This document shows positions 8,976-17,404 of a DNA stretch of 64,000 nucleotides, one piece after another. Location of the stretch: positions 257-64,256 of the forward strand of contig JAJPYQ010000046.1 of the NCBI GenBank assembly GCA_021204865.1, read 5' to 3'. This DNA comes from Prevotellaceae bacterium. Lineage in GTDB: Bacteria > Bacteroidota > Bacteroidia > Bacteroidales > Bacteroidaceae. A program made the position numbers and the translations under genes. The notes beneath the pieces are model-generated. The model had not been told where the DNA came from. It saw nothing but the letters and a program-made list of their open reading frames with translations, and ran no database searches. Positions within the stretch are counted from its first letter, which is position 1; every line of letters starts with the position of its first letter.

Positions 8976-9536
8976 ATGAAGCCTTTCCTCAGCTTCTCCA
9001 AGAGACTAAAGGCATGGGCAACGGCGCTCATGCTTTTATTGTTGCTGGTGGGTGCCTGCTGCCTCGTCGACGCTCGCAAGGAGCACAGGATGGAGCGGAG
9101 GGACTACGCCCGTCTGGACAGCTGCGGCGACCCCCTCCAGTTCGAGGACTTCTTAGCCAAGTACCCTTCGAGCAAGCACACAGAGGACGTGCGGCAGAGA
9201 TACTTCGCCCTTGTGTCGGCGCAGTCGGAGCTCAGGGACAAGGTCTTGCAAGCCTCGAGCGAGGAGCTGAGGGCGTTCATCGCGAATAATCCCAACCAAC
9301 CCTACCTCACCCGCCTCGCCTCTATGCGCCTCGACACGCTCGACTGGCTTGAGGTCTCCGCCTCTCCCACGCTTCACGGCATGGAAAGCTACCTTGCCGC
9401 CCATCCTGACGGGCAGTTCGCCGACCAGGCGGAGGCACAGCGACAGCGCCTCGACCGCCTCAGGATGGAGCAGGAGGCGCAAGCTCAAGCCGACACACTC
9501 GCCCAAGAGCTGGACAGCATCGACGGGCAGCCGTAG
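8976..9536 (+). CDS. hypothetical membrane-anchored protein
   Basis: Starts 4 nt after the barrel gene. Has an N-terminal hydrophobic anchor (WATALMLLLLLVGACCLV) followed by a helical Gln/Glu/Arg-rich region. No family recognised. Confidence 0.5.
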   Translation: MKPFLSFSKRLKAWATALMLLLLLVGACCLVDARKEHRMERRDYARLDSCGDPLQFEDFLAKYPSSKHTEDVRQRYFALVSAQSELRDKVLQASSEELRAFIANNPNQPYLTRLASMRLDTLDWLEVSASPTLHGMESYLAAHPDGQFADQAEAQRQRLDRLRMEQEAQAQADTLAQELDSIDGQP

Positions 9537-9562
9537 TAGACTTCTCGTACGACAAGTCGCGG

Positions 9563-9681
9563 CTCGTCCGTCGGACCTCTTGTAACTCGTCCGTCGGACC
9601 TTTTGGAATCGGTCCGTCGGACCTCTTGTAACTCGTCCGTCGGACCTCTTGTAACTCGTCCGTCGGACCGTTTGTAACTCG
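9563..9681. repeat. 23-bp tandem array, 5 units (family B), core TCCGTCGGACC
   Basis: Core starts at 9567, 9590, 9613, 9636 and 9659, an exact 23-nt period. Unit is TCCGTCGGACCTCTTGTAACTCG. The upstream flank gacaagtcgcgg also occurs in the second family-B array at 59.4 kb. Confidence 0.9.
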
Positions 9682-9723
9682 TTCGCCTAACGTTTCTGTG
9701 GGGTTGCCTCGTGCTTCCTGCCC

Positions 9724-10371
9724 TCAGACGGGCTGTTCCCTGTCGCCCTCGGCAGCCTTCCTGTTTACGCTCTCCTTGTTGAAAGCCGAGCGCACTCGTG
9801 AGAGCGTCTCTGGTGTCATCTGAAGGAAGGAGGCGATGTGCAGCATCGGGGCGCGCAGCACTATCTCGGGGTAGGTGCGCAGCAGTCGCTCGTACCTCTC
9901 CCGTGCGTTCTCGAAGCGCTGCGAGTCGGCGTGCGCCTGGCTGCTTATGAGGGCGTGCTCGAGTATCTTGCGGTAGAGCAGCTCTATCTCGTTGTTCTGC
10001 ATCATAGCCACGTGCAGAGCCTCGTAGGGGATGGCGTAGAGGGTGGTGGGCTCGAGAGCCTCCACGATGATGCGGCTGGGCTCCTGCTTGAGGAAGCTCT
10101 CTATGCAGAAGCAAATCTTGCCCTCGTAGGAGAAGTGCTCGGTCACGTCCTTCTGGTTCTTGTAATAGTACTGCCGCACCATCCCGCGGCTCACGTAGTA
10201 CATCGCCCGGCACACCTCTCCCTCTTCGAGCACCACCGACCCCTTGGCGAACTTAAGCGGCACGAGCAGCTTGGCGAGCGCCTCCACCCCCATCAGGCTC
10301 AGGGTGCAGTAGATGCGCGCTATGTCACGGGCAATGTCTCTGTTGAGGTTTGTCGTTATGTGTTGTGGCAT
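9724..10371 (-). CDS. Crp/Fnr-family transcriptional regulator
   Basis: cNMP-binding-type beta-roll (FAKGSVVLEEGEVCRAMYYVSRGMVRQYYY) plus a C-terminal HTH region (HIASFLQMTPETLSRVR). Confidence 0.8.
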   Translation of the reverse strand: MPQHITTNLNRDIARDIARIYCTLSLMGVEALAKLLVPLKFAKGSVVLEEGEVCRAMYYVSRGMVRQYYYKNQKDVTEHFSYEGKICFCIESFLKQEPSRIIVEALEPTTLYAIPYEALHVAMMQNNEIELLYRKILEHALISSQAHADSQRFENARERYERLLRTYPEIVLRAPMLHIASFLQMTPETLSRVRSAFNKESVNRKAAEGDREQPV

Positions 10372-10400
10372 TGGATTAAGTTGTGTTAGGGGTGTGGTCT

Positions 10401-12185
10401 TCAGTCGAGTTTAAGCACTGCGAGGAACGCCTTCTGCGGCACGCTCACGTTGCCTATCTGCTTCATGCGCTTCTTGCCCCGCTTCTGCTTCTCCAGCAGC
10501 TTTCGCTTGCGGCTCACGTCGCCTCCGTAGCACTTTGCGAGCACGTCCTTCCTTACCTGCTTCACCGTCTCGCGGGCTATTATCTTGCCCCCGATGGCGG
10601 CTTGTATGGCAATGTCGAACTGCTGGCGTGGCAGCAGGTCTTTAAGCTTCTCGCACATACGGCGGCCGAAAGCCTCGGCGTTGCTCACGTGGGTGAGGGT
10701 ACTCAGCGCGTCCACGGGCTCTCCGTTTAGCAGTATGTCCAGCTTGACGAGCTTGCTGGGGCGGAAGCCTGCCTGGTGGTAGTCGAACGAGGCGTAGCCC
10801 TTCGATATGCTCTTGAGCTTGTCGTAGAAGTCTATGACAATCTCCCCGAGGGGCATAGAGTATTGCAGCTCCACACGGTTGCCGCTGATGAACTCCTGCC
10901 TCACGAGCTCTCCCCGCTTGCCAAGGCAGAGCGTCATTATCGGCCCGATGAAGGTGGCTGTTGTGATTACTGTGGCGTTGATATACGGCTCCTCGATGTG
11001 CTCTATGAGGGTGGGGTCGGGCATTCCCGCTGGGTTGTGCACCTCCTTCACGTTGCCCTGCTTGTCGTACACGAGATAAGAGACGTTAGGCACTGTGGTT
11101 ATCACGTCCATGTCGAACTCACGGTCGAGCCTCTCTTGTATTATCTCCATGTGCAGAAGCCCGAGGAAGCCGCACCTGAAGCCGAAGCCAAGAGCCACCG
11201 AGCTCTCGGGCTGGAAGGTGAGCGATGCGTCGTTGAGCTGCAATTTCTCAAGGCTTGCCCTTAGGTTCTCGAAGTCTTCCGTCTCTATTGGGTAGACCCC
11301 TGCGAACACCATCGGCTTCACCTCCTCGAAGCCCGATATAGCCTCGGGGCAGGGGTCGGTGGCTGTGGTTATCGTGTCGCCTACCTTAACGTCTGTGGCG
11401 GTCTTGATGCCGCTCACGATGTAGCCCACGTCGCCGCACTGAAGCTGCCCCCGTGGCTGCATCTCCATCTTCAGCACGCCTATCTCCTCGGCTTTGTACT
11501 CCTTGCCTGTGTTGATGAAGCGCACCTGCTCGCCGCCCTTCATCGTGCCGTTCTCTATCTTGAAGTAGGCTATGATGCCTCGGTAGGAGTTGTACACCGA
11601 GTCGAAGATGAGGGCTTGCAGCGGTGCCTGCGCATCGCCCGTCGGGGCTGGGATGCGGTCAACCACAGCGTCGAGTATCTCGGGCACGCCTTCCCCCGTC
11701 CTTGCGCTTGCCCGTATTATCTCACTTCTCTCGCAGCCCAGCAGCTCCACTATCTCGTCAGCCACCTCGTCGGGCATAGCGTTGGGCATGTCGCACTTGT
11801 TCACCACTGGAATGATGGTGAGGTCGTGACCTATTGCCATATAAAGATTTGAGATTGTCTGCGCCTGCACTCCTTGCGTGGCGTCCACCACGAGTATCGC
11901 CCCCTCGCAGGCAGCTATGCTGCGGCTCACCTCGTAGGAGAAGTCAACGTGTCCCGGTGTGTCGATAAGGTTGAGGGTGTAAGCTTCGTTTCCACGCCTG
12001 TAGTCCATCTGAATGGCGTGGCTTTTTATGGTTATGCCCCTCTCGCGCTCAAGCTCCATGTCGTCGAGCATCTGCCCTTCTGTAATCTTAATCGTGTCCG
12101 TCAGCTCCAGAAGACGATCTGCCAAAGTAGACTTTCCGTGGTCGATATGCGCGATTATGCAGAAATTGCGTATGTTGCCTTGCAT
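10401..12185 (-). CDS. lepA: translation elongation factor 4 (LepA)
   Basis: [27 protein letters not shown]..., [12 protein letters not shown], and a full-length LepA-specific C-terminus. Confidence 0.95.
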   Translation of the reverse strand: MQGNIRNFCIIAHIDHGKSTLADRLLELTDTIKITEGQMLDDMELERERGITIKSHAIQMDYRRGNEAYTLNLIDTPGHVDFSYEVSRSIAACEGAILVVDATQGVQAQTISNLYMAIGHDLTIIPVVNKCDMPNAMPDEVADEIVELLGCERSEIIRASARTGEGVPEILDAVVDRIPAPTGDAQAPLQALIFDSVYNSYRGIIAYFKIENGTMKGGEQVRFINTGKEYKAEEIGVLKMEMQPRGQLQCGDVGYIVSGIKTATDVKVGDTITTATDPCPEAISGFEEVKPMVFAGVYPIETEDFENLRASLEKLQLNDASLTFQPESSVALGFGFRCGFLGLLHMEIIQERLDREFDMDVITTVPNVSYLVYDKQGNVKEVHNPAGMPDPTLIEHIEEPYINATVITTATFIGPIMTLCLGKRGELVRQEFISGNRVELQYSMPLGEIVIDFYDKLKSISKGYASFDYHQAGFRPSKLVKLDILLNGEPVDALSTLTHVSNAEAFGRRMCEKLKDLLPRQQFDIAIQAAIGGKIIARETVKQVRKDVLAKCYGGDVSRKRKLLEKQKRGKKRMKQIGNVSVPQKAFLAVLKLD

Positions 12186-12208
12186 TAAGCCTTTCTCTCT
12201 CTAAGGTG

Positions 12209-12216
12209 CAAAGTTA
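12209..12216 (-). promoter_or_regulatory. -7 box TAACTTTG for lepA
   Basis: The reverse complement of caaagtta is TAACTTTG, 24 nt upstream of the ATG at 12185. Confidence 0.5.
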
Positions 12217-12258
12217 GCTATAAAATCTGAATCCACATAGAGTGGGTCAAACAAAAAC

Positions 12259-12285
12259 GCGCCCCCGACCTTCTGTCGGAGACGC
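12259..12285 (-). terminator. GC-rich hairpin flanked by T/A runs (bidirectional-type terminator) downstream of the small wHTH gene
   Basis: gcgcccccgacc-ttct-gtcggagacgc is an imperfect stem. It is followed by TTTTTAT on the + strand and GTTTTTGTTTG on the - strand. Confidence 0.45.
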
Positions 12286-12389
12286 TTTTTATCTGTGTGC
12301 TGCCTCTTTCGCCCTCCCGAGGGGGCTGCGGCAAATGTGTCCGTGGCAATGCGCCTGAGGCGAGCCTCCGCGCTGTCGTCTGTGCTCTC

Positions 12390-12590
12390 TTAGTTAAGCG
12401 CCACGACGATTTCCTTGCCCTCTTCGCTCACGGTCACCTTGCTCTCGCGGAGCAGCCAGCCCAGTCCGAGGTAGAGGTCTTTGTCGCAGCGAACCTTGGC
12501 AGCCTTCTTCAGGTCTTTGCCGCTGAGGGCGCCGTTCTCGCTCAATGCAGTCCAAATCTGGCCTGCGATTGTTCCAACTTTTTCGTTCAT
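12390..12590 (-). CDS. small winged-helix protein (DUF2582-like)
   Basis: 66-aa product MNEKVGTIAGQIWTALSENGALSGKDLKKAAKVRCDKDLYLGLGWLLRESKVTVSEEGKEIVVALN from an internal ATG at 12590. The longer 183-aa track ORF adds non-protein-like sequence and would swallow the promoter box at 12637. Confidence 0.65.
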   Translation of the reverse strand: MNEKVGTIAGQIWTALSENGALSGKDLKKAAKVRCDKDLYLGLGWLLRESKVTVSEEGKEIVVALN

Positions 12591-12636
12591 GATTAAATAA
12601 CCTTTAATGAAAACTAATATCTCTTCGTTTCGTCTG

Positions 12637-12644
12637 CAAAGGTA
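12637..12644 (-). promoter_or_regulatory. -7 box TACCTTTG
   Basis: The reverse complement of caaaggta is TACCTTTG, 47 nt upstream of the ATG at 12590. Confidence 0.45.
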
Positions 12645-12744
12645 GCAATCCTGCCACTTCGACCAAGCTCTTTCCCCTATATTTTCCTCGAAAAGGCTTG
12701 TTTTCTTGACTTTAATCAAATATAAAGGGCTAAATTCGCGCTTG

Positions 12745-13164
12745 ATGAAGCGTGGACTGACGAACGTGCGATGGCTTTCTCTCCTCTGCCTGCTCGCCCT
12801 CTCTTCCTGCCATAGGAAGCAGACCTTCGAGGAGCGGATGCTGGAGGAGATAGCGGCTTTCAACCAGCGGGAAGTGCCTAAGCGGATGGACGAGGTCACG
12901 GTGATGGACAGCCTCCGATACGAGCCCGAGAGCCGCTCCATAGCTTATTTCTACACCCTTGAGGGGCTGGCTGACAACGACAGTGTGCTTACCGAAGAGC
13001 TGCGAGACCAGCAGCGTGAAGGCTTGCTTGGCAATCTTAGGGGCAGCATTCAGCTTAAGCCGTACAAGGAGCAGGGGCTGAGCTTCGAGTACTGCTACTA
13101 TTCCCACAAGTCAGGCAAGCTGCTTATGCGCTTCGCCTTCACGGCTGACGACTATAACCAATAA
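12745..13164 (+). CDS. hypothetical lipoprotein
   Basis: Internal start gives MKRGLTNVRWLSLLCLLALSSC with a lipobox LSSC. No family recognised. Confidence 0.55.
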   Translation: MKRGLTNVRWLSLLCLLALSSCHRKQTFEERMLEEIAAFNQREVPKRMDEVTVMDSLRYEPESRSIAYFYTLEGLADNDSVLTEELRDQQREGLLGNLRGSIQLKPYKEQGLSFEYCYYSHKSGKLLMRFAFTADDYNQ

Positions 13165-13218
13165 GAGAAACCCCGCCTCCAGCGGGGAGGGCTTTACGGG
13201 GTGTCAACTGGCTGGTTT

Positions 13219-13482
13219 TCAGGCTTGTCGGGCGGCTTCCCTCTGCATCTGCTCTATGGCGCGGCAGAGCTGGTCGGGGCAGCTGGTGGGCTTCATTCCG
13301 CAGCGTATGCCGTTAAGGCGCTCCAGCACGTCCTCCATTCGCATTCCCACCACCAGTTTCGACAGGCCTTTGGTGTTGCCGTCGCAGCCTCCTATGATGC
13401 GGCAGGCGGTGATTCTGCCGTCCTCTGCCTCCACCTCTATGAACTGGCTGCAAGTGCCACGTGTCTTGTAAACTGTCTTCAT
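13219..13482 (-). CDS. TSCPD-domain small protein (TIGR03905-like)
   Basis: 87 aa with GGCDGNTKGL and KPTSCPDQL motifs. Its start codon overlaps the yebC stop by 1 nt (TGATG). Confidence 0.7.
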   Translation of the reverse strand: MKTVYKTRGTCSQFIEVEAEDGRITACRIIGGCDGNTKGLSKLVVGMRMEDVLERLNGIRCGMKPTSCPDQLCRAIEQMQREAARQA

Positions 13483-14210
13483 CAGGCTTCTGGGCTCATG
13501 TTGGTGTAGACGGTCTGCACGTCGTCGAAGTCCTCCAGCCTCTCAATCATCTTGTTGATGGTTTCGCGCTGTGCTGGTGCAACGTCCTTCGTGTCGTTGG
13601 GTATGTAAGTGAACTCGCCTCCCACGTCCTCAAATCCGTCAGCCTCCAGCTGCTTTTGGATGGCGTTGTAGCTGGTTGGCTCTCCGTAGATGGTGAGGGT
13701 GCCTTCCTCCTCATCCTCGTCAAAATCCTCGTCCACACCGAAGTCAATCATGTTCAGGATGAAGTCATCCATATCCATGTCGGGTTTCTTCTTGAACGTA
13801 AACACACATTTGTGGTCGAAAAGGAAAGAGAGAGACCCCGTTGTGCCGAGGTTGCCGCTGTATTTGTTGAAAACCGAGCGCACGTCAGCCACTGTGCGTG
13901 TTGTGTTGTCGGTCAGGGTGTCCACGAGGATGGCGATGCCGTGAGGCCCGTAGCCCTCGTATGTCACGCTTTTATACTCGCTTTGGTCTTTGCCCATGGC
14001 GTTTTTTATGGCTCGCTCGATGTTGTCCTTCGGCATGTTCTCACGCTTGCAGGTGGCTATCACTGAGCGCAGCTGAGGGTTGTTCTCGGGCTCGGGTCCC
14101 GCAGCCTTCACGGCTATTGCGATTTGTTTCCCAAGTCTTGTGAAAGTTTTAGCCATGTGGCCCCACCTTTTCAGCTTGGTGGCTTTGCGGTATTCAAATG
14201 CTCTTCCCAT
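13482..14210 (-). CDS. yebC: YebC/PmpR-family transcriptional regulator
   Basis: MGRAFEYRKATKLKRWGHMAKTFTRLGKQIAIAVKAAG... is the typical YebC N-terminus, and the length is right. Confidence 0.9.
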   Translation of the reverse strand: MGRAFEYRKATKLKRWGHMAKTFTRLGKQIAIAVKAAGPEPENNPQLRSVIATCKRENMPKDNIERAIKNAMGKDQSEYKSVTYEGYGPHGIAILVDTLTDNTTRTVADVRSVFNKYSGNLGTTGSLSFLFDHKCVFTFKKKPDMDMDDFILNMIDFGVDEDFDEDEEEGTLTIYGEPTSYNAIQKQLEADGFEDVGGEFTYIPNDTKDVAPAQRETINKMIERLEDFDDVQTVYTNMSPEA

Positions 14211-14285
14211 AACGATAATGTGTTTAATTTGGTTAGCCCATTGGATTATGTAGTTTGTTAGTTTGTGTTTGCTTGTTTTGTCTGT

Positions 14286-16793
14286 TTATCTGAGTTCTGC
14301 GTCCAGTTGCTTGGTCAGGTTTGCTATCAGCTTGCCCATGATGTTGTCAATAGCCTTGTCTGTCAAAGTCCTTTCGTCGTCCTGAAGCGTGAAGTTGACA
14401 GCATACGATTTCTTGCCTTCGGGTATGTTCTTGCCCTCGTACACGTCGAAGAGGCGCACCTCACGCAGCAGTTTCTTCTCAGTTGAGTAGGCGATGCGCT
14501 CTATCTCTGCGAACTCCGTTTTCTTGTCAACCAGCAGCGCAAGGTCTCTGCTCACGGCTGGATATTTGGCAATCTCTGAGTATGTGACCGCCTGATTCTT
14601 AACGGCTTTCATCAGTGCGTTCCAGCGGAGGTCGGCATAGTAGACTGGAGAGTCTATGTCAAATCGCTTCAGAAGTTTGCCTGACACTATGCCCAGTTCC
14701 GCAAGTGTCTTGCCTCCACGGTTGGAGATGAGCTGGCTCTTGCTGAAGAGGTCGCTCTCGCCCTCGGTGAACACGAGCATGCCAAATGGCACTCCGAGGC
14801 GTGAGAGGATGTTGAAGACGTGAGCTTTCAGTTCGTGAACGCTTGTCTCCTCGTCTGTGTGAGCCCAGCTTCCTGTAACGCGTTTCCCAGTCATCCAAAG
14901 GCAGAGGTGGTAGTCCTCGCTGTAGGGGTCGAGGATATGCCTGATGACCTCGGGGTCGCGGCTTGAGCTTACGCCGGGTATGATGTCTGCGCAGCGTTTT
15001 TCTTTACGGTAGCGGTAGCAGTTCCCGTACTCGAAGAGACGCAGGTCGGGCGCTTTGTGTGCGATGTTACGTGCTATGGTCTCCAGTCCTCCGAACAGCA
15101 GTGTCTGCCGCATCACGTTGAGGTCTTGGCTGAGGGGGTTCAGCAGTGCTACGCAGTTCTCTCGGGGGTAGGACGTGAGCTCGTCGTAGTAAGAGCCACG
15201 CTGCAGCGAGTTGTTGAGGATTTCGTTGAAGCCTGCCCCCACGAGTTGCTCACCGATTAGGTTCTGAAGGCGGTGGCTTTTGTCGCAGTCGCCAGCCACG
15301 CTGAGGTCGCTGTTGAGCCCTTGGGGCAGCTCGACGTTGTTGTAGCCATAAATTCGCAGCACGTCCTCCACTACGTCGCAAGCCCTTTTCACGTCAACAC
15401 GGTAGGGTGGCACTCTCAGGCGCAGGCCCTCGCTTGTCTCCTCTTCTACAGTCATTTCCAGCGACTTGACGATGCTTTTAATCTCGTCGTGGGGTATGTC
15501 CTTGCCAATCAGGTCGCAGGCGTACTGGTAGGGCAGGAACACCTTGAAATCCTCGATGGGGGAGGGGTATACGTCAACAATTTCCATACTCACTTCTGCG
15601 CCAGCCAACTCCTTCGCCAGTAGGGCTGCTTGCTTGAGTGCGTAGATCTGCCCGTTGGGGTCAACGCCTCGTTCGAAGCGGAACGATGCGTCGGTTTGAA
15701 GTCCGTGCCTGCGGGCGCTCTTGCGTATCCAAGTGGGGTGGAAATATGCACTCTCGAGCAGTACGTTGCGCGTAGTGGGATAAGTGCCGCTTCCCTTGCC
15801 GCCGAACACCCCTGCTATGCACATCGGCTCGTGTGCGTTGCATATAGCCAGATCGTTTTCGCTGAGCTTGTGCTCCACCCCGTCCAGTGTCACGAAAGGT
15901 GTGCCCTCAGGCATTGTCTTGACAATTACCTCGTTGCCCTCAATCATGTCTGCGTCAAAGCAGTGCAGCGGCTGTCCGTATGCCATCATAATATAGTTCG
16001 TGATGTCAACGATGTTGTTAATCGGTCGCAGTCCGATAACGGTCAGCTTGTCCCTCAGCCACTTTGGGCTTTCCTTCACCTCGCAGTTGGTCAGGCTAAC
16101 AGCTGCGTATCGTGGGCACGCCTCTGTCTGCTCGACGGTGATCTTAACTGGGAGCTTGTGGTTGTCAACTTTAAACGCTTCGCAGCTGGGGCGGTGGAGG
16201 CTGGTCTGTTTGCCGTTTCTCACCAGCCATGCGTACAGGTCTCTTGCCACTCCGTAGTGGCTGCATGCGTCGGCTCTGTTGGGCGTGATGTCAATTTCTA
16301 TGACGTAGTCGCTCTCCAGCTTGTAGTATTCCGCGGCTGGTGTCCCGACGGGCGTGTCCACGGGTAGCTCGATGATTCCCGAGTGGTCAGTGCCTATCCC
16401 GATCTCGTCCTCTGCGCATATCATCCCTTGGCTCTCGATGCCGCGGAGCTTGCTCTTCCTGATGGTGAGCTCCTCGTCTCCGTTGTAAAGCTTTGTGCCT
16501 ATGGTGGCTACCATCACCTTCTGTCCGGCTCTCACGTTGCTTGCTCCGCAGACTATCTGAAGTCGCTCGCCAGTGCCGACGTTCACTTGGCAGACGTGCA
16601 TATGGTCGCTGTTGGGGTGGGGTTCGCAGGTCTCCACCTCGGCTGTCACGATTCCTTTAAGTCCGCCCCTGATGTTCTCCGCTTCCCGGACGGAGTCCAC
16701 CTCGAGACCTATGCTGGTAAGTGCGTCGGCCGTCTCTTGGGGGCTGAGGCTGAAGTCAATGTACTCTTTGAGCCATTTGTAGGATATGTTCAT
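14286..16793 (-). CDS. pheT: phenylalanine--tRNA ligase beta subunit
   Basis: MNISYKWLKEYIDFSLSPQETADALTSIGLEVD... 835 aa with tRNA-binding, B3/4, B5 and FDX-ACB-like regions in the expected order. Confidence 0.95.
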   Translation of the reverse strand: MNISYKWLKEYIDFSLSPQETADALTSIGLEVDSVREAENIRGGLKGIVTAEVETCEPHPNSDHMHVCQVNVGTGERLQIVCGASNVRAGQKVMVATIGTKLYNGDEELTIRKSKLRGIESQGMICAEDEIGIGTDHSGIIELPVDTPVGTPAAEYYKLESDYVIEIDITPNRADACSHYGVARDLYAWLVRNGKQTSLHRPSCEAFKVDNHKLPVKITVEQTEACPRYAAVSLTNCEVKESPKWLRDKLTVIGLRPINNIVDITNYIMMAYGQPLHCFDADMIEGNEVIVKTMPEGTPFVTLDGVEHKLSENDLAICNAHEPMCIAGVFGGKGSGTYPTTRNVLLESAYFHPTWIRKSARRHGLQTDASFRFERGVDPNGQIYALKQAALLAKELAGAEVSMEIVDVYPSPIEDFKVFLPYQYACDLIGKDIPHDEIKSIVKSLEMTVEEETSEGLRLRVPPYRVDVKRACDVVEDVLRIYGYNNVELPQGLNSDLSVAGDCDKSHRLQNLIGEQLVGAGFNEILNNSLQRGSYYDELTSYPRENCVALLNPLSQDLNVMRQTLLFGGLETIARNIAHKAPDLRLFEYGNCYRYRKEKRCADIIPGVSSSRDPEVIRHILDPYSEDYHLCLWMTGKRVTGSWAHTDEETSVHELKAHVFNILSRLGVPFGMLVFTEGESDLFSKSQLISNRGGKTLAELGIVSGKLLKRFDIDSPVYYADLRWNALMKAVKNQAVTYSEIAKYPAVSRDLALLVDKKTEFAEIERIAYSTEKKLLREVRLFDVYEGKNIPEGKKSYAVNFTLQDDERTLTDKAIDNIMGKLIANLTKQLDAELR

Positions 16794-16813
16794 GTCGCTG
16801 TTTCAACTATTTC

Positions 16814-16821
16814 GCAAAGTT
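16814..16821 (-). promoter_or_regulatory. -7 box TAACTTTG for pheT
   Basis: The reverse complement of caaagtta is TAACTTTG, 21 nt upstream of the ATG at 16793. Confidence 0.5.
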
Positions 16822-17366
16822 AGTGCTTTTCGGGCGATAGGGCAAGTTTTCGGGTGTGTTTTTTGTGGGCTGGCGTGAAGTTTTTCTTCTGCGTAAAGCG
16901 GTATTCTGTGCGTGTGTGAATATGCGTTTTACGGCTGAGAATATTTATATTTCACAAATAAACCGCGCATTCTTTCGCAAAAAGTCGGTGCGACTTTTCG
17001 TTACGTACTGTATGTCCTCAGCGCGAATATGCCAATTCTTTATGCCGAGAATATGCTGAATGCTGTATAATCCCGCGGCTAAAGAGAGACGCGGCCTGCC
17101 TGAGAGCCTGCGCCACTTTCCCCTCTGCTTCCCCTTCTGCTCAGCGAGTGGGGAGACATCTCCCTGCTTAGGCTCTCCGCCTGCACGACCCGATGCCTTT
17201 CGGGGATGAACATCCTGCTCAAGTAGTAGTGTAATATCCCATCCCCGAGCGGAAGGCAGAAGGGAGGGTAACAGGCTAAATTATCATAACAATATACAAC
17301 ATTGTGGGAAGCACGAGAAAAGCTTGGTTTTGAGTGCGTATTGCTTGCTTGTTTACCGATTTTCCG

Positions 17367-17374
17367 TAACTTTG
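17367..17374 (+). promoter_or_regulatory. -7 box TAACTTTG for the ABC-F gene
   Basis: Exact match 31 nt upstream of the ATG at 17405. Confidence 0.5.
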
Positions 17375-17404
17375 CAGTAGTGAAATGAGAGTGGAAACCA
17401 CGCT

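Noticed and set aside
9485-10213. 242-aa minus-strand ORF spanning the family-B array and part of the Crp gene.
   Set aside because: It is out of frame with the motif-bearing Crp/Fnr ORF (9724-10371). It is Arg/Pro/Gly-rich and partly made of repeat units (RSDGRVTRGPTDE).
12591-12941. The long 183-aa version of the minus-strand ORF 12390-12941.
   Set aside because: Only the C-terminal 66 aa look like a protein (a small winged-helix family). The extension is low-quality sequence, overlaps the + strand lipoprotein gene start, and contains the promoter box at 12637-12644.
16856-17059. 67-aa ORF in the pheT / ABC-F intergenic region.
   Set aside because: It has hydrophobic and low-complexity composition, no promoter box in a suitable position and no recognisable family. 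It is probably a chance ORF in AT-rich spacer.
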